Origin: Flavobacteriia bacterium
Lineage (GTDB): Bacteria; Bacteroidota; Bacteroidia; Flavobacteriales; Flavobacteriaceae
NCBI GenBank assembly: GCA_018500075.2
Contig: JAHBAN020000085.1
Coordinates: forward strand, 1 to 35,799
Reading direction: 5' to 3'
Length of the DNA: 35,799 nt
In this document: positions 17,222-26,812 of the stretch, in pieces
Numbering within the stretch: the stretch's first letter is position 1
How the letters are laid out: every line of letters starts with the position of its first letter
Position numbers and translations under genes: made by a program
Notes under the pieces: generated by a model
What the model saw: only the letters and a program-made list of their open reading frames with translations
The model's database searches: none
Told to the model about the DNA's origin: nothing

Positions 17222-18211
17222 TTATACCAGTTTATGTGCTACTAAATACTCTGCAATTTGCACGGCATTGGTCGCAGCTCCTTTTCTGAGGTTGTCTGCA
17301 ACAATCCAAAGATTTAAGGTGTTTTCTGCACTTTCATCTCTGCGAATGCGCCCCACAAATACCTCATCCTTATCATGTGCATAGGCAGGCATGGGGTAGG
17401 TGTTGGTGTCTGTGTTGTCTTGAACCACGACACCTTCTGTTTCACTGAGTAGTTTGCGAACTGCGCCTAATTCAAAATCATTTTCAAAGCTGATGTTTAC
17501 AGACTCTGAGTGACCTCCGGCAGTGGGAATTCTCACCGCAGTAGCGGTAATTTTAAAACTATCATCCCCTAATATTTTCTTTGGCTCATTGGCCAGTTTC
17601 ATTTCTTCTTTGGTATACCCATTGTCTAGAAATACGTCGCAATGAGGAATGGCATTTCTGTGAATGGGATAGTGATAAGCCATTTCTCCTACAATGCCTT
17701 TGGTTTCATTTTCCATCTGCTCTACTGCTTTCACACCGGTTCCAGAAACGGACTGGTAGGTAGACACCACCACGCGTTTCATCTTGTATTGTTGGTGTAG
17801 GGGAGCTAAAACCATTACCATTTGAATGGTTGAACAGTTGGGATTGGCAATGATTTTATCTGCCTTGGTGAGCTCATTGGCGTTAATTTCAGGAACAATG
17901 AGCTTGTGATCTGGGTGCATGCGCCAGGCAGAAGAATTGTCAATAACCGTAGTTCCAGCTGCTGCAAATTTTGGGGCCCATTCTAGTGATGTGTCACCAC
18001 CCGCAGAAAATATAGCAATGTCAGCTTGGGCTGCTACAGCCGTTTCTAATCCCACGACCCTGTGCGTAGTTCCCTGATATTCCATTTTCTTCCCTACAGA
18101 TCGCTCAGAGGCTACTAATAACAATTCAGTAATGGGAAATTGCCTTTCTGCTAAGACTTTTAACATCACTTCTCCTACCATACCGGTAGCGCCAACTACA
18201 GCTACTTTCAT
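17222..18211 (-). CDS. asd: Aspartate-semialdehyde dehydrogenase
   Basis: VGATGMVG, IDNSSAWR, ANPNCST, TYQSVSG and DNLRKGAATNAVQI. Start at ATG 18211 (alternative 18220). Confidence 0.97.
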   Translation of the reverse strand: MKVAVVGATGMVGEVMLKVLAERQFPITELLLVASERSVGKKMEYQGTTHRVVGLETAVAAQADIAIFSAGGDTSLEWAPKFAAAGTTVIDNSSAWRMHPDHKLIVPEINANELTKADKIIANPNCSTIQMVMVLAPLHQQYKMKRVVVSTYQSVSGTGVKAVEQMENETKGIVGEMAYHYPIHRNAIPHCDVFLDNGYTKEEMKLANEPKKILGDDSFKITATAVRIPTAGGHSESVNISFENDFELGAVRKLLSETEGVVVQDNTDTNTYPMPAYAHDKDEVFVGRIRRDESAENTLNLWIVADNLRKGAATNAVQIAEYLVAHKLV

Positions 18212-18233
18212 ATTGAACATATTTAATTCATGG

Positions 18234-18241
18234 CAAAAGTA
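18234..18241 (-). promoter_or_regulatory. -7 promoter element (TACTTTTG) for asd
   Basis: Exact TAnnTTTG match shortly upstream of the asd start. Confidence 0.65.
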
Positions 18242-18389
18242 ATCATATTATTGAAGCTGTCTTAACAGAACAATCTTTAAAATAAATATTTAACAAAATG
18301 TTATATTTGAAACAAACTAAAATAAACCACTGCTTTAAAACTCCAAATTTTAGTTGTTTTTAAAAGCAAAATAAGCCCGGCTATGACAC

Positions 18390-18803
18390 TTATTTTTTCT
18401 CTTTGAGTAGGTCCCTAATCTCTGCCAATAGCTCTTCTTGGCTGGGGCCCTTTTTGGAAGCCGTTGGCTTTGGAGGAGCCGGTTTTAGTTTTTGATAGGC
18501 TTTAACCACAGAGAACATGACCAAGCCTACAATAAGTAAGTTTATAATACTGTTAATCCAACTGCCATATTTTATAGCATTTTCTGCAGTATATCCATTA
18601 TCACCAGGTTTTCCACTGGCTTCTGATAAGACAATCTTTAAATTTCCAAAGTCCATGCCGCCTGTAAACTCCCCTACAATGGGCATCATAATATCACTCA
18701 CAAAACCACTCACTACTAGGGCCGTAGCTCCAGCCATAATCACGGCTACTGCAAATTCTATGACATTCCCTGTCATAATAAATTTTTTAAATTCTGAAAA
18801 CAT
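18390..18803 (-). CDS. mscL: Large-conductance mechanosensitive channel
   Basis: MFSEFKKFIMTGNVIEFAVAVI, DIMMP, IKYGS and C-terminal LLAEIRDLL. Start moved to ATG 18803. Confidence 0.96.
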   Translation of the reverse strand: MFSEFKKFIMTGNVIEFAVAVIMAGATALVVSGFVSDIMMPIVGEFTGGMDFGNLKIVLSEASGKPGDNGYTAENAIKYGSWINSIINLLIVGLVMFSVVKAYQKLKPAPPKPTASKKGPSQEELLAEIRDLLKEKK

Positions 18804-18880
18804 AGGTGCCTTTTTAGGAATATGGGTGCAAAATAGTTCAAATGTGTGAGAGGGCAATCACATATCGATAAAAGGCGTTT

Positions 18881-19993
18881 TTACTCGATAATCTGCCTTT
18901 GAACCCTTGCAGAGATGGCTGTTAGAAGCTCATAAGAGATGGTTTTTGCCCCACTTGCAAAATCTTCTGCAGAGGCCACTTGACCCGCTCCTTCTCCAAA
19001 TATAATGGCCACATCTCCCTCAACAGCAGGGTTTTCTCCTAGGTCTATCATGAGCATGTCCATGCAGACGTTCCCAACAATAGGCGCTAAGACACCTCCC
19101 ACACTTACCACGCCCTTACCATGTCCATATTGTCTAGAAATACCGTCTGCATGCCCCAAGCTAAGGGTGGCAATTCTCATGGGCTGTGAGGCCACAAACC
19201 CCTTGTTATACCCCACCCAGTCTCCTGCTTTTATCTGATGAATCTGTGAAATAATGGCCTTAAGCGTGGCTACTGGTTTTAAGTGTTTGTCTGTGTTTGG
19301 GTCATTGCTATAGCCATATAAGCCAATACCAGACCTAGCCATCTGAAACTGTCCCTCAGGAAAGTTTAAAATACCAGAGCTATTGAGCAAATGCTTTAAA
19401 GGGATGCTTCCAAGCCCTGTTTCAAACTTGATAATATGGCGCTTAAAAGTCTCAATTTGTCCCAGGGTAAAATCAGTTTCCGAAAGCTCATCAGAGGCTG
19501 CTAAATGAGACAAAAGCCCCTTTACTTTAATGGCGTTTTGCGCCCGTATACCCTCAATGGCTTTGGTGAAATCTCGCTCTGACAACCCCAGTCTATTAAG
19601 GCCTGTATTTGTTTTTAGATGCACAGGGTAGCCCTTGCAATTAGATTCCTGAGCGGTTTTTATAAATGCCAGCAAAACCCTAAGGGAGTATATATTTGGC
19701 TCAAGACAGTGATTGATAATGTCTTTGAGTTCGTGCAGCTGTGGGTGTAACACCAAAATGGGTGTCTCAATACCAGAAGTCCTTAGTTTAATTCCCTCTG
19801 CGGCATAGGCTACTGCCAAGTAATCTATGCCTAAATCTGCTAGTTTTTTAGCAATGGCAACGGATTCAGATCCATAAGCGCTGGCTTTAACCACCCCTAA
19901 TAGTTTGGTTTGAGCCTGTAGTTTGCTTTTTATAAAATGGTAGTTGTGGGCCAGTGAAGACAGCTTAATCTCCAAGACAGCATGGCTATTCAT
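18881..19993 (-). CDS. alr: Alanine racemase
   Basis: VVKASAYG (PLP lysine), HLKTNTGLNRLG, RSGIGLYG, GNVCMD and TISYEL. Start overlaps the tdk stop region. Confidence 0.96.
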   Translation of the reverse strand: MNSHAVLEIKLSSLAHNYHFIKSKLQAQTKLLGVVKASAYGSESVAIAKKLADLGIDYLAVAYAAEGIKLRTSGIETPILVLHPQLHELKDIINHCLEPNIYSLRVLLAFIKTAQESNCKGYPVHLKTNTGLNRLGLSERDFTKAIEGIRAQNAIKVKGLLSHLAASDELSETDFTLGQIETFKRHIIKFETGLGSIPLKHLLNSSGILNFPEGQFQMARSGIGLYGYSNDPNTDKHLKPVATLKAIISQIHQIKAGDWVGYNKGFVASQPMRIATLSLGHADGISRQYGHGKGVVSVGGVLAPIVGNVCMDMLMIDLGENPAVEGDVAIIFGEGAGQVASAEDFASGAKTISYELLTAISARVQRQIIE

Positions 19994-20627
19994 CTTTGGG
20001 TGTGGCTAATTTAATTTCCTGAGAAATAACAGGCATATCGTTTACTTTTTCTTTGAGCATGGCTTTAAAATAGGCAGCCCTACTTAGGGGTTCATACTCA
20101 GAGGTTTCTCCTAGCATGACCAGGTTCTTATCGGAAGATTTTCTAAAGCTATAGTTGGCTAAGTTTCCAGTTCTGGTACAAACCGCATGTACTTTGGTCA
20201 CGTATTCTGCTGTGGCCATAAGTGCGGGCATGGGTCCAAAAGGATTGCCTTTAAAGTCCATGTCTAAACCCGCGACAATCACTCTTTTTCCTTTGTTGGC
20301 TAGGTCATTGCAGACATGTACAATTTCAGGGTCAAAAAACTGTGCCTCGTCTATCCCAACAACATCACATTGGTCTGCTAAAATTCTAATATTGGCGGCA
20401 GCAGGAACAGGCGTGGATCTGATTTGATTTTCATCATGAGACACTACCATTTCATCGTGATATCTAGTGTCTATTTGTGGTTTAAAAATCTCAATCCGTT
20501 GTTTGGCAAACTGAGCCCTTTTAAGGCGCCTGATGAGCTCCTCTGTTTTTCCTGAAAACATGGAGCCACAAATGACTTCTATCCATCCAAAAGGTTCTTT
20601 ATGATTTACAGTGTTTTCTAAAAACAT
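19986..20627 (-). CDS. tdk: Thymidine kinase
   Basis: GSMFSGKTEEL P-loop, IDEAQFF and AGLDMDF. Start moved to ATG 20627. Confidence 0.97.
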   Translation of the reverse strand: MFLENTVNHKEPFGWIEVICGSMFSGKTEELIRRLKRAQFAKQRIEIFKPQIDTRYHDEMVVSHDENQIRSTPVPAAANIRILADQCDVVGIDEAQFFDPEIVHVCNDLANKGKRVIVAGLDMDFKGNPFGPMPALMATAEYVTKVHAVCTRTGNLANYSFRKSSDKNLVMLGETSEYEPLSRAAYFKAMLKEKVNDMPVISQEIKLATPKDE

Positions 20628-20735
20628 ATATGATTGAAGGGAGTAATTAGGAAACCCCAAGCGTGGCATAAAAATATAAAATTAGAAACAAAGCAAGGGG
20701 GTATTTTACTTAAAAAACCCGATATTAGCTATGCG

Positions 20736-21365
20736 ATGAAAGAAACCCTACACAAAGAACTCAACCGGATTGCCAAGCATATTTTAGCCGCTAACGACAG
20801 CAGTGAACTCGCTAGTCTATATGAGGCTGCCAAGAGCCTGTATGAGAAATTGGCCGTGTTGAGGTTTGTAGAAAGAGAGATGCAAGATCCTGATTTGGAT
20901 GTGTCTAAAAACGAGCTGGCAGATAAGTTTAACGAAATGGCTTCTCAGGTGTTAAAAGGGAACGAGGGGGTTCCCGAGAACAACCCCCACCCCACAGATA
21001 TTATAACACCGGGGATGGACACAATTAATGATATGGTGTCTGAAATGCCTGCGCCTCAAAACACGGAGGCAGATCCTGCCACCCACACCCCCCTTTTTGA
21101 AAAAGCTGTGTCCACTACCCTAAACGGTCAATACGGGGCCAAATTAGACTTTGGGTTAAACGATAAAATTGCCTTTGTGCAGCACCTTTTTGAGGGCGAT
21201 GAAGATAATTTTAAGAGGGTTATCTCACAATTATCAACCATTGAAACCCAAGAAAGAGCCCTGGCTTTTATAGAAAATTTAGTGAAACCAGAATACGGCA
21301 ATTGGATTGGAAAAGAGGCTTATGAAGCCCGATTTTTAAATTTGCTTAGTCAGCGATATCAATAG
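20736..21365 (+). CDS. Hypothetical protein with C-terminal GLND..AF...LF motif
   Basis: Clean ORF from ATG 20736 (the track's TTG start overlaps the track's extended tdk ORF), 8 bp upstream of rsmI; helical N-domain, low-complexity linker and compact C-domain. Confidence 0.75.
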   Translation: MKETLHKELNRIAKHILAANDSSELASLYEAAKSLYEKLAVLRFVEREMQDPDLDVSKNELADKFNEMASQVLKGNEGVPENNPHPTDIITPGMDTINDMVSEMPAPQNTEADPATHTPLFEKAVSTTLNGQYGAKLDFGLNDKIAFVQHLFEGDEDNFKRVISQLSTIETQERALAFIENLVKPEYGNWIGKEAYEARFLNLLSQRYQ

Positions 21366-21373
21366 TTATAGGC

Positions 21374-22087
21374 ATGAGTAAATTATTTCTGGTACCCACA
21401 CCAATAGGCAATCTAGAAGATATAACCCTGAGGGCTTTGCGAGTTCTCAAGGAGGTATCCCTCATTTTAGCAGAGGACACAAGAACCAGCGGTAAACTTT
21501 TAAAGCATTATGAGATTGACACACCCATGTTTTCTCATCACATGCACAACGAGCACAAGACTGTAGAAAAATTAGTGGCTAGAATTCAATCTGGAGCATC
21601 CATGGCCCTTATTTCAGACGCAGGAACACCGGCCATTTCTGATCCTGGGTTTTTACTAAGTCGCGCCTGTATAGAAGCAGGTATTGAAATAGACTGCTTG
21701 CCAGGGGCTACTGCCTTTGTTCCGGCCTTGGTTAACAGTGGCCTGCCCAACGACAAGTTTGTTTTTGAGGGTTTTTTACCCGTCAAGAAAGGCCGCATGA
21801 CCCGGCTCACCCTCCTACAAGAAGAGCCCAGAACCCTTATTTTTTATGAGTCGCCCCACAAACTTCTCAAAACCTTACAGGACATTTGCACCTATTTTGG
21901 GGCCCAGAGACCACTCAGTGTTTCTAGGGAAATCACCAAGCTTTTTGAAGAGACCATTCGCGGAACAGCAGCCTCCGTGTTGGCACATTACACAGCGCAT
22001 CCGCCCAAGGGCGAGATTGTGATGGTGGTGGGGGGTAAACCATCTGAAAAATCAGCAAGAAAGACCCCAGTCAATGAATTGGTATGA
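21374..22087 (+). CDS. rsmI: 16S rRNA (cytidine1402-2'-O)-methyltransferase
   Basis: VPTPIGNLEDIT, AEDTR, SDAGTPAISDPG, YESPH and REITK motifs. Confidence 0.97.
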   Translation: MSKLFLVPTPIGNLEDITLRALRVLKEVSLILAEDTRTSGKLLKHYEIDTPMFSHHMHNEHKTVEKLVARIQSGASMALISDAGTPAISDPGFLLSRACIEAGIEIDCLPGATAFVPALVNSGLPNDKFVFEGFLPVKKGRMTRLTLLQEEPRTLIFYESPHKLLKTLQDICTYFGAQRPLSVSREITKLFEETIRGTAASVLAHYTAHPPKGEIVMVVGGKPSEKSARKTPVNELV

Positions 22088-23210
22088 GGCAGAGGCCTTA
22101 GTTGTGGTCACGGTATTGCTGGTGTATTTTTTGGATCGCTGGGAACAGAAATACCTTAAAAAAATATTTGATTGGGTGCCAGCGGTCTTATTGGCCTATA
22201 TTATTCCGGCTATAGTCAGTTATGTTTTAGAGGTAGACTACGCCGCAGCGTCCATCCACAGCTTTAGCAAACTGTTTTTTATTCCCCTGGCGATTGTTGC
22301 GGTAATGAGTAGCTTGTCTTTTGCCCAATTAAAAGCTATTGGCTACAAACCTATCGTATTGTTTGTCATAGGTTCTGCCATCATTGCTTTGGCACCAGTT
22401 GCTTTTACGGGGTTTTTTATGGGTTCTGACTTTGTTCAAAATACCCTTTTGGAAGCTGGTTATTGGAAAGGCATCCCCCCTATTGTGGGGAGTTGGATAG
22501 GTGGCAGCACCAGTCAATTGGTTTTAAAAGAATTGGTGCAAACAGAAGAATCTCTGTTTTTGCAGGTCTTGGTTATGGACACAGTACTTGTTAATATTTG
22601 GACCATTTTAATGTTCCAGTTCATTAAGAAAAGCAAGGCTTTAAACAAACTTTTTAAGATTAAAGACGCGGCATTGCCGCTCCCTATTCATGAAATAAAG
22701 GGCAGGGCCATTCATGGTTTTTGGGTGGTACTTATTTTAGTGGCTACTGTTTTTATGGTAGATTTTCTGGTCACTTCATTTGTGATTAAGGTGTTGCTGC
22801 TTTCTGTTTTAGGGCTCCTCATAAGTAATTTTGTTCCCCGTTGGAATTTTAAATTTGTACTGCGTTTGGGGGGTATTTTAATTATTGTGGTCATGGCTGT
22901 ATTGGGGCTTAAACTTCAACTTGATGGCTTTTCTGTGCACCCTGCCTTCCTGGTTTTTTTATGTGGGTGGTTGCTTTTACATTTTATAGGAATGCTATGG
23001 GCGGCCAAATTATTAAACCTCCACCTGGCTTGGGTACCTATTGCCAGTATGGCTAATGTGGGTGGCATTGCCACGGCACCTGCAGTAACCGCGGCATATG
23101 AGAAAAAGTGGATGCCGCACGCCATTGTTTTGGCTATTTTAAGCATGGCCACAGGAACCTTTTGGGGCATGGTAACCATCTGGCTTTTTGAACTGATTTT
23201 TGGCGGCTAG
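22074..23210 (+). CDS. DUF819-like polytopic membrane protein
   Basis: About 10 or more TM helices; GSWIGGS and ASMANVGG..TAP motifs; 14-bp overlap with rsmI. Confidence 0.75.
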   Translation: MNWYEAEALVVVTVLLVYFLDRWEQKYLKKIFDWVPAVLLAYIIPAIVSYVLEVDYAAASIHSFSKLFFIPLAIVAVMSSLSFAQLKAIGYKPIVLFVIGSAIIALAPVAFTGFFMGSDFVQNTLLEAGYWKGIPPIVGSWIGGSTSQLVLKELVQTEESLFLQVLVMDTVLVNIWTILMFQFIKKSKALNKLFKIKDAALPLPIHEIKGRAIHGFWVVLILVATVFMVDFLVTSFVIKVLLLSVLGLLISNFVPRWNFKFVLRLGGILIIVVMAVLGLKLQLDGFSVHPAFLVFLCGWLLLHFIGMLWAAKLLNLHLAWVPIASMANVGGIATAPAVTAAYEKKWMPHAIVLAILSMATGTFWGMVTIWLFELIFGG

Positions 23211-23253
23211 TGCGCTCAGATTTTTGTACTTTTAAAATTCCAAAATATAGATC

Positions 23254-23676
23254 ATGACAAACCTTGTTACTACCAAATGGTTGGGCGGAATGGCTTTTGA
23301 AAGCGACAACCCATCCGGACATACTTTAAAAATAGATGTAGACGCTGAGAATGGCGGCGAGAACTCTGGCCACAGGCCTAAGGCTTTAATGCTTACTTCT
23401 TTAGCGGGCTGCTCAGGTTTAGACGTGGCCTCTCTCATGAAAAAGATGAAACTAGAGGTACGGGCTTTTGAAATTCAAACTGAGGCCAATCTCACAGATG
23501 AGCACCCCAAGTTTTACGACGCTGTTACGGTAACCTATCATTTTTATGGCACTAATTTAATTGAAGACAAGCTACAGAAAACAGTCGATCTTTCCGTGGA
23601 GCGTTACTGTGGTGTGATGGAAATGTTTAGGCAGTTTGCCACCGTGACCATAAAAACAGAATTTCACCACGAATAG
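23254..23676 (+). CDS. OsmC/YhfA family protein
   Basis: G.RPK.L.L.SLAGCSG and SVERYCGV two-Cys pattern. Confidence 0.9.
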   Translation: MTNLVTTKWLGGMAFESDNPSGHTLKIDVDAENGGENSGHRPKALMLTSLAGCSGLDVASLMKKMKLEVRAFEIQTEANLTDEHPKFYDAVTVTYHFYGTNLIEDKLQKTVDLSVERYCGVMEMFRQFATVTIKTEFHHE

Positions 23677-23684
23677 ACCCCAAC

Positions 23685-25382
23685 ATGAATTGGACGCTTA
23701 TTGCTAGTCCGCCTCCTGCAGAGGTTCAGGCCCTTTCTAAGTCCCTTGGAATTGAAGAGCGCTTGGGCAGCCTTTTGGTTCAAAGGGGCGTTGGAAGCTT
23801 TGAGGCTGCTAAAACTTTTTTTAGGCCCAGTTTTTCCCTTTTGCACGACCCCTATCTCATGAAAGATATGGATCTGGCTGTGCAACGAATTATTGCTGCC
23901 ATGGAAAGGGAGGAGCCTATTTTGGTCTATGGAGACTACGACGTAGACGGGACCACGGCTGTTGCTTTGGTGGCAGATTATTTACAACAGTACTACCACA
24001 AAGTAGCCACCTATATTCCAGACCGTTATGAAGAGGGTTATGGGGTTTCTTTTCAGGGCATTGATTTTGCCGCAGCCAATGACATAGGGCTCATTATTGC
24101 TTTAGACTGTGGTATTAAAGCCATAGATAAGGTGGCCTATGCCAAGGAAAAAGGAATAGATTTTATTATTTGTGACCACCACAGACCCGGCGCTAGTTTA
24201 CCAGAAGCCGTGGCAGTTTTAGATCCAAAGCGGGCAGATTGCAGTTATCCCTATGAGGAAATTTGCGGCTGTGGGGTGGGCTTTAAGCTCATACAGGCCC
24301 TTGGTGTAGCGCTAGAAGAAGACCCTTTGGCAGTCCTGCCCTATTTAGACCTTGTAGCCACAGCCATTGGCGCAGACATGGTCCCACTCAGTGGGGAGAA
24401 TAGGACCCTGGCTTATTTGGGGGTACAGCAGATGAACACCAACCCCAGACCTGGTTTTCAAGCTTTTATAGAACAAATTAATAGGGGCACTTTAAGCCTC
24501 ACAGATTTGAATTTCACCATTGCACCAAGAATTAATGCCGCAGGGAGAATGGTACACGGCGCCCACGCGGTGGCCCTACTACAGACTAAAGATATAAACC
24601 AGGCCAGAACCATGGCCGCCGCTATCCAGCAGCACAATGAAGACAGAAAAGAGTTGGACGGTGTTATTACAGAGACCGCATTGCTTCAAATGGCCCAGGC
24701 CCAGGAGAGCCAAAGCGCTACCTCTGTTGTTTATGACCCCAATTGGCATAAGGGTGTTATTGGAATAGTAGCTTCTAGGCTTATTGAAACCCACTATAGG
24801 CCCACCCTAGTTTTTACCCAAAGCGGCGACGTCATGGCGGGTTCTGCCAGGTCTATAAAAGGCTACGACATTTATAACGCCATAGACGCCTGTAGTGAAC
24901 ATGTTTTGCAATTTGGAGGCCATATGTACGCGGCGGGGCTCACCTTGAAAAATAGCCAATACCCTGCTTTTAAAGCCGCCTTTGAGGCGCATGTGTCTGC
25001 CACGCTTGATCCAGCCCTGAAAATACCAGAGATTCAAATTGATCAGGAGATATCGATCTCTGAAATCACGCCAAAATTCATGAGAATTCTCAAACAAATG
25101 GCTCCTTTTGGACCAGAAAACCCACTTCCTGTGTTTAAGGCCACTGGGGTGTATGAGACGGGATATGCTACGGCAGTTGGAAAAGACCAAACCCATTTAA
25201 AAGGTGCTTTTTGCCAGGGAACCTCTGCGAAAATTTCATTTATAGCCTTTAAACTAGCCCACCAGCTTGGTTTGCTTGCAGACCAATCCTTGGTCGATAT
25301 TGTTTTTCATATCTCTGAAAACAAGTGGCAGGGGAAAAGTAGCCTTCAATTACAAGTCTTAGATATAAAGCCTACGGTTTAG
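23685..25382 (+). CDS. recJ: Single-stranded-DNA-specific exonuclease RecJ
   Basis: YGDYDVDG, LDCG, CDHH, PRINAAGR, GSARS, GGH..AAG and PFGPENP motifs. Confidence 0.97.
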   Translation: MNWTLIASPPPAEVQALSKSLGIEERLGSLLVQRGVGSFEAAKTFFRPSFSLLHDPYLMKDMDLAVQRIIAAMEREEPILVYGDYDVDGTTAVALVADYLQQYYHKVATYIPDRYEEGYGVSFQGIDFAAANDIGLIIALDCGIKAIDKVAYAKEKGIDFIICDHHRPGASLPEAVAVLDPKRADCSYPYEEICGCGVGFKLIQALGVALEEDPLAVLPYLDLVATAIGADMVPLSGENRTLAYLGVQQMNTNPRPGFQAFIEQINRGTLSLTDLNFTIAPRINAAGRMVHGAHAVALLQTKDINQARTMAAAIQQHNEDRKELDGVITETALLQMAQAQESQSATSVVYDPNWHKGVIGIVASRLIETHYRPTLVFTQSGDVMAGSARSIKGYDIYNAIDACSEHVLQFGGHMYAAGLTLKNSQYPAFKAAFEAHVSATLDPALKIPEIQIDQEISISEITPKFMRILKQMAPFGPENPLPVFKATGVYETGYATAVGKDQTHLKGAFCQGTSAKISFIAFKLAHQLGLLADQSLVDIVFHISENKWQGKSSLQLQVLDIKPTV

Positions 25383-25406
25383 GTATTGCTTTAATAATAG
25401 CCGTAC

Positions 25407-26186
25407 TTATTTGCTCTGGAGCGGGAAGTATTTTAAATCTAGCTCTTGACCGTCAAAAACACCAAAGCTGTAGTATCCGATCCAATCTCCAGTATTCAGA
25501 TAGGTAGCCTTTTGGCCGATGCTTATTTTTAGTGGGAGGTGTCTGTGACCAAAGACAAAAAAGTCTATGTCTTTGCTTTCTAATTTTTTCTTGGCGTATT
25601 GCACCAACCACTCCTGATCTTCTCCTAAAAAAACCACATCTTCTGCCCCTGATATGAGCTTATTTTTAACGGATAAATACTGGGCAAGTTTGACACCTAA
25701 ATCTGGATGAAGCCAGCGATAAAACCATTTGGATAAGGGGTTGGTAAACACTTTCTTCATTCTCTTATACCCGGTATCTCCGGGTCCTAGGCCGTCTCCA
25801 TGGCCTATTAAAAAAGTCTTTCCGTCTATATTAAAATATTGGGGCTTGTGAAAAACAGCTATGCCTAGTTCCTCTTCAAAATACCCATTCATCCAAAGGT
25901 CGTGGTTGCCCACAAAATAATAAATAGGAATACCAGAGTCTGCTATGTCTGCCAGTTTACCCAGTGTTCTAGTAAAGCCTTTGGGAACTACAGTTTTGTA
26001 TTCAAACCAAAAATCAAAGAGGTCTCCCAATAGAAAAATAGCGGTAGCGTCTTTGCGAATACTTTCTAGCCAGGCCACAAAATGTGCTTCTCTGGGCCTA
26101 CTTTTTTCTTGGGTAGGAGCGCCTAAGTGGTTGTCGCTGGCAAAGTAAATTTTTTTGCCGGGGGCCGTTTTAATTTCTGTGTTCAT
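25407..26186 (-). CDS. lpxH: UDP-2,3-diacylglucosamine diphosphatase (LpxH-like metallophosphoesterase)
   Basis: SDNHLG, LGDLFDFW, GNHD, HGD, FGHRH and NTGDW motifs. Start at ATG 26186. Confidence 0.85.
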   Translation of the reverse strand: MNTEIKTAPGKKIYFASDNHLGAPTQEKSRPREAHFVAWLESIRKDATAIFLLGDLFDFWFEYKTVVPKGFTRTLGKLADIADSGIPIYYFVGNHDLWMNGYFEEELGIAVFHKPQYFNIDGKTFLIGHGDGLGPGDTGYKRMKKVFTNPLSKWFYRWLHPDLGVKLAQYLSVKNKLISGAEDVVFLGEDQEWLVQYAKKKLESKDIDFFVFGHRHLPLKISIGQKATYLNTGDWIGYYSFGVFDGQELDLKYFPLQSK

Positions 26187-26207
26187 TCCCAGTAAAGATA
26201 ACAAACC

Positions 26208-26657
26208 TTAGTTATCTGAAGCAAACCACTCTGCAAAGGAGCTTTCTGTCTCCTGAAGTCGCAAGGAAAATAGGCTGATGTTTTTAGGTAAACGTGCTGT
26301 AATTTTAGCGGCAAAATCTATGACCATATTCTCACTGGTGGGCTGGTAGTCTGCTAGAATAACAGAATGACCACGGTCCATGAGTTCTTTGGCCAGTTCT
26401 ATATGGGGGGTGTTTTTATTAAAGACCGTGGCGTGGTCAAAGACGTCTACCACCTCTTCTTTTACTATTTTCTTGAGGTCGCTAAAATCAATCACCATCC
26501 CTAGTTTTACAGCGCCTTGCTCTGTAATGGGCTCTCCAATGACCGTCACAGATAATTTATAGCTGTGCCCGTGTACATTTCTGCATTTACCGTCATAACC
26601 AAAAAGGGCGTGACCTGTTTCAAAACTAAACTGCTTGGTAATTCTAATCTGACTCAT
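26208..26657 (-). CDS. queD: 6-carboxy-5,6,7,8-tetrahydropterin synthase (QueD/PTPS family)
   Basis: FETGH...CRNVHGHSY, GMVIDF, FDH and PTSEN motifs. Confidence 0.92.
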   Translation of the reverse strand: MSQIRITKQFSFETGHALFGYDGKCRNVHGHSYKLSVTVIGEPITEQGAVKLGMVIDFSDLKKIVKEEVVDVFDHATVFNKNTPHIELAKELMDRGHSVILADYQPTSENMVIDFAAKITARLPKNISLFSLRLQETESSFAEWFASDN

Positions 26658-26675
26658 AGAAAATAATTCTTATGG

Positions 26676-26683
26676 CAAAGGTA
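26676..26683 (-). promoter_or_regulatory. -7 promoter element (TACCTTTG) for queD-lpxH
   Basis: Exact TAnnTTTG match 18 nt upstream of the queD ATG. Confidence 0.65.
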
Positions 26684-26708
26684 TTCTTTTTGCATAACCA
26701 ACACCTAC

Positions 26709-26810
26709 TTACTTTCTCTTGAATTTTTTGTTGTTTCTAAACTTATTAAAGAAATAGATAACGCCCACCACAAGGGCTAAGAGGGCAAATAAAAAATTTT
26801 GATTGAACAT
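26709..26810 (-). CDS. 33-aa single-pass membrane microprotein (not in the ORF track)
   Basis: ATG...TAA encoding MFNQNFLFALLALVVGVIYFFNKFRNNKKFKRK; starts 2 nt after the enoyl-CoA hydratase stop and fills the gap before the queD promoter. Confidence 0.7.
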   Translation of the reverse strand: MFNQNFLFALLALVVGVIYFFNKFRNNKKFKRK

Positions 26811-26812
26811 GT

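Noticed and set aside
26658-26708. preQ1 riboswitch upstream of queD
   Set aside because: A -7 promoter box sits 18 nt from the ATG, leaving no room, and no aptamer motif was seen.
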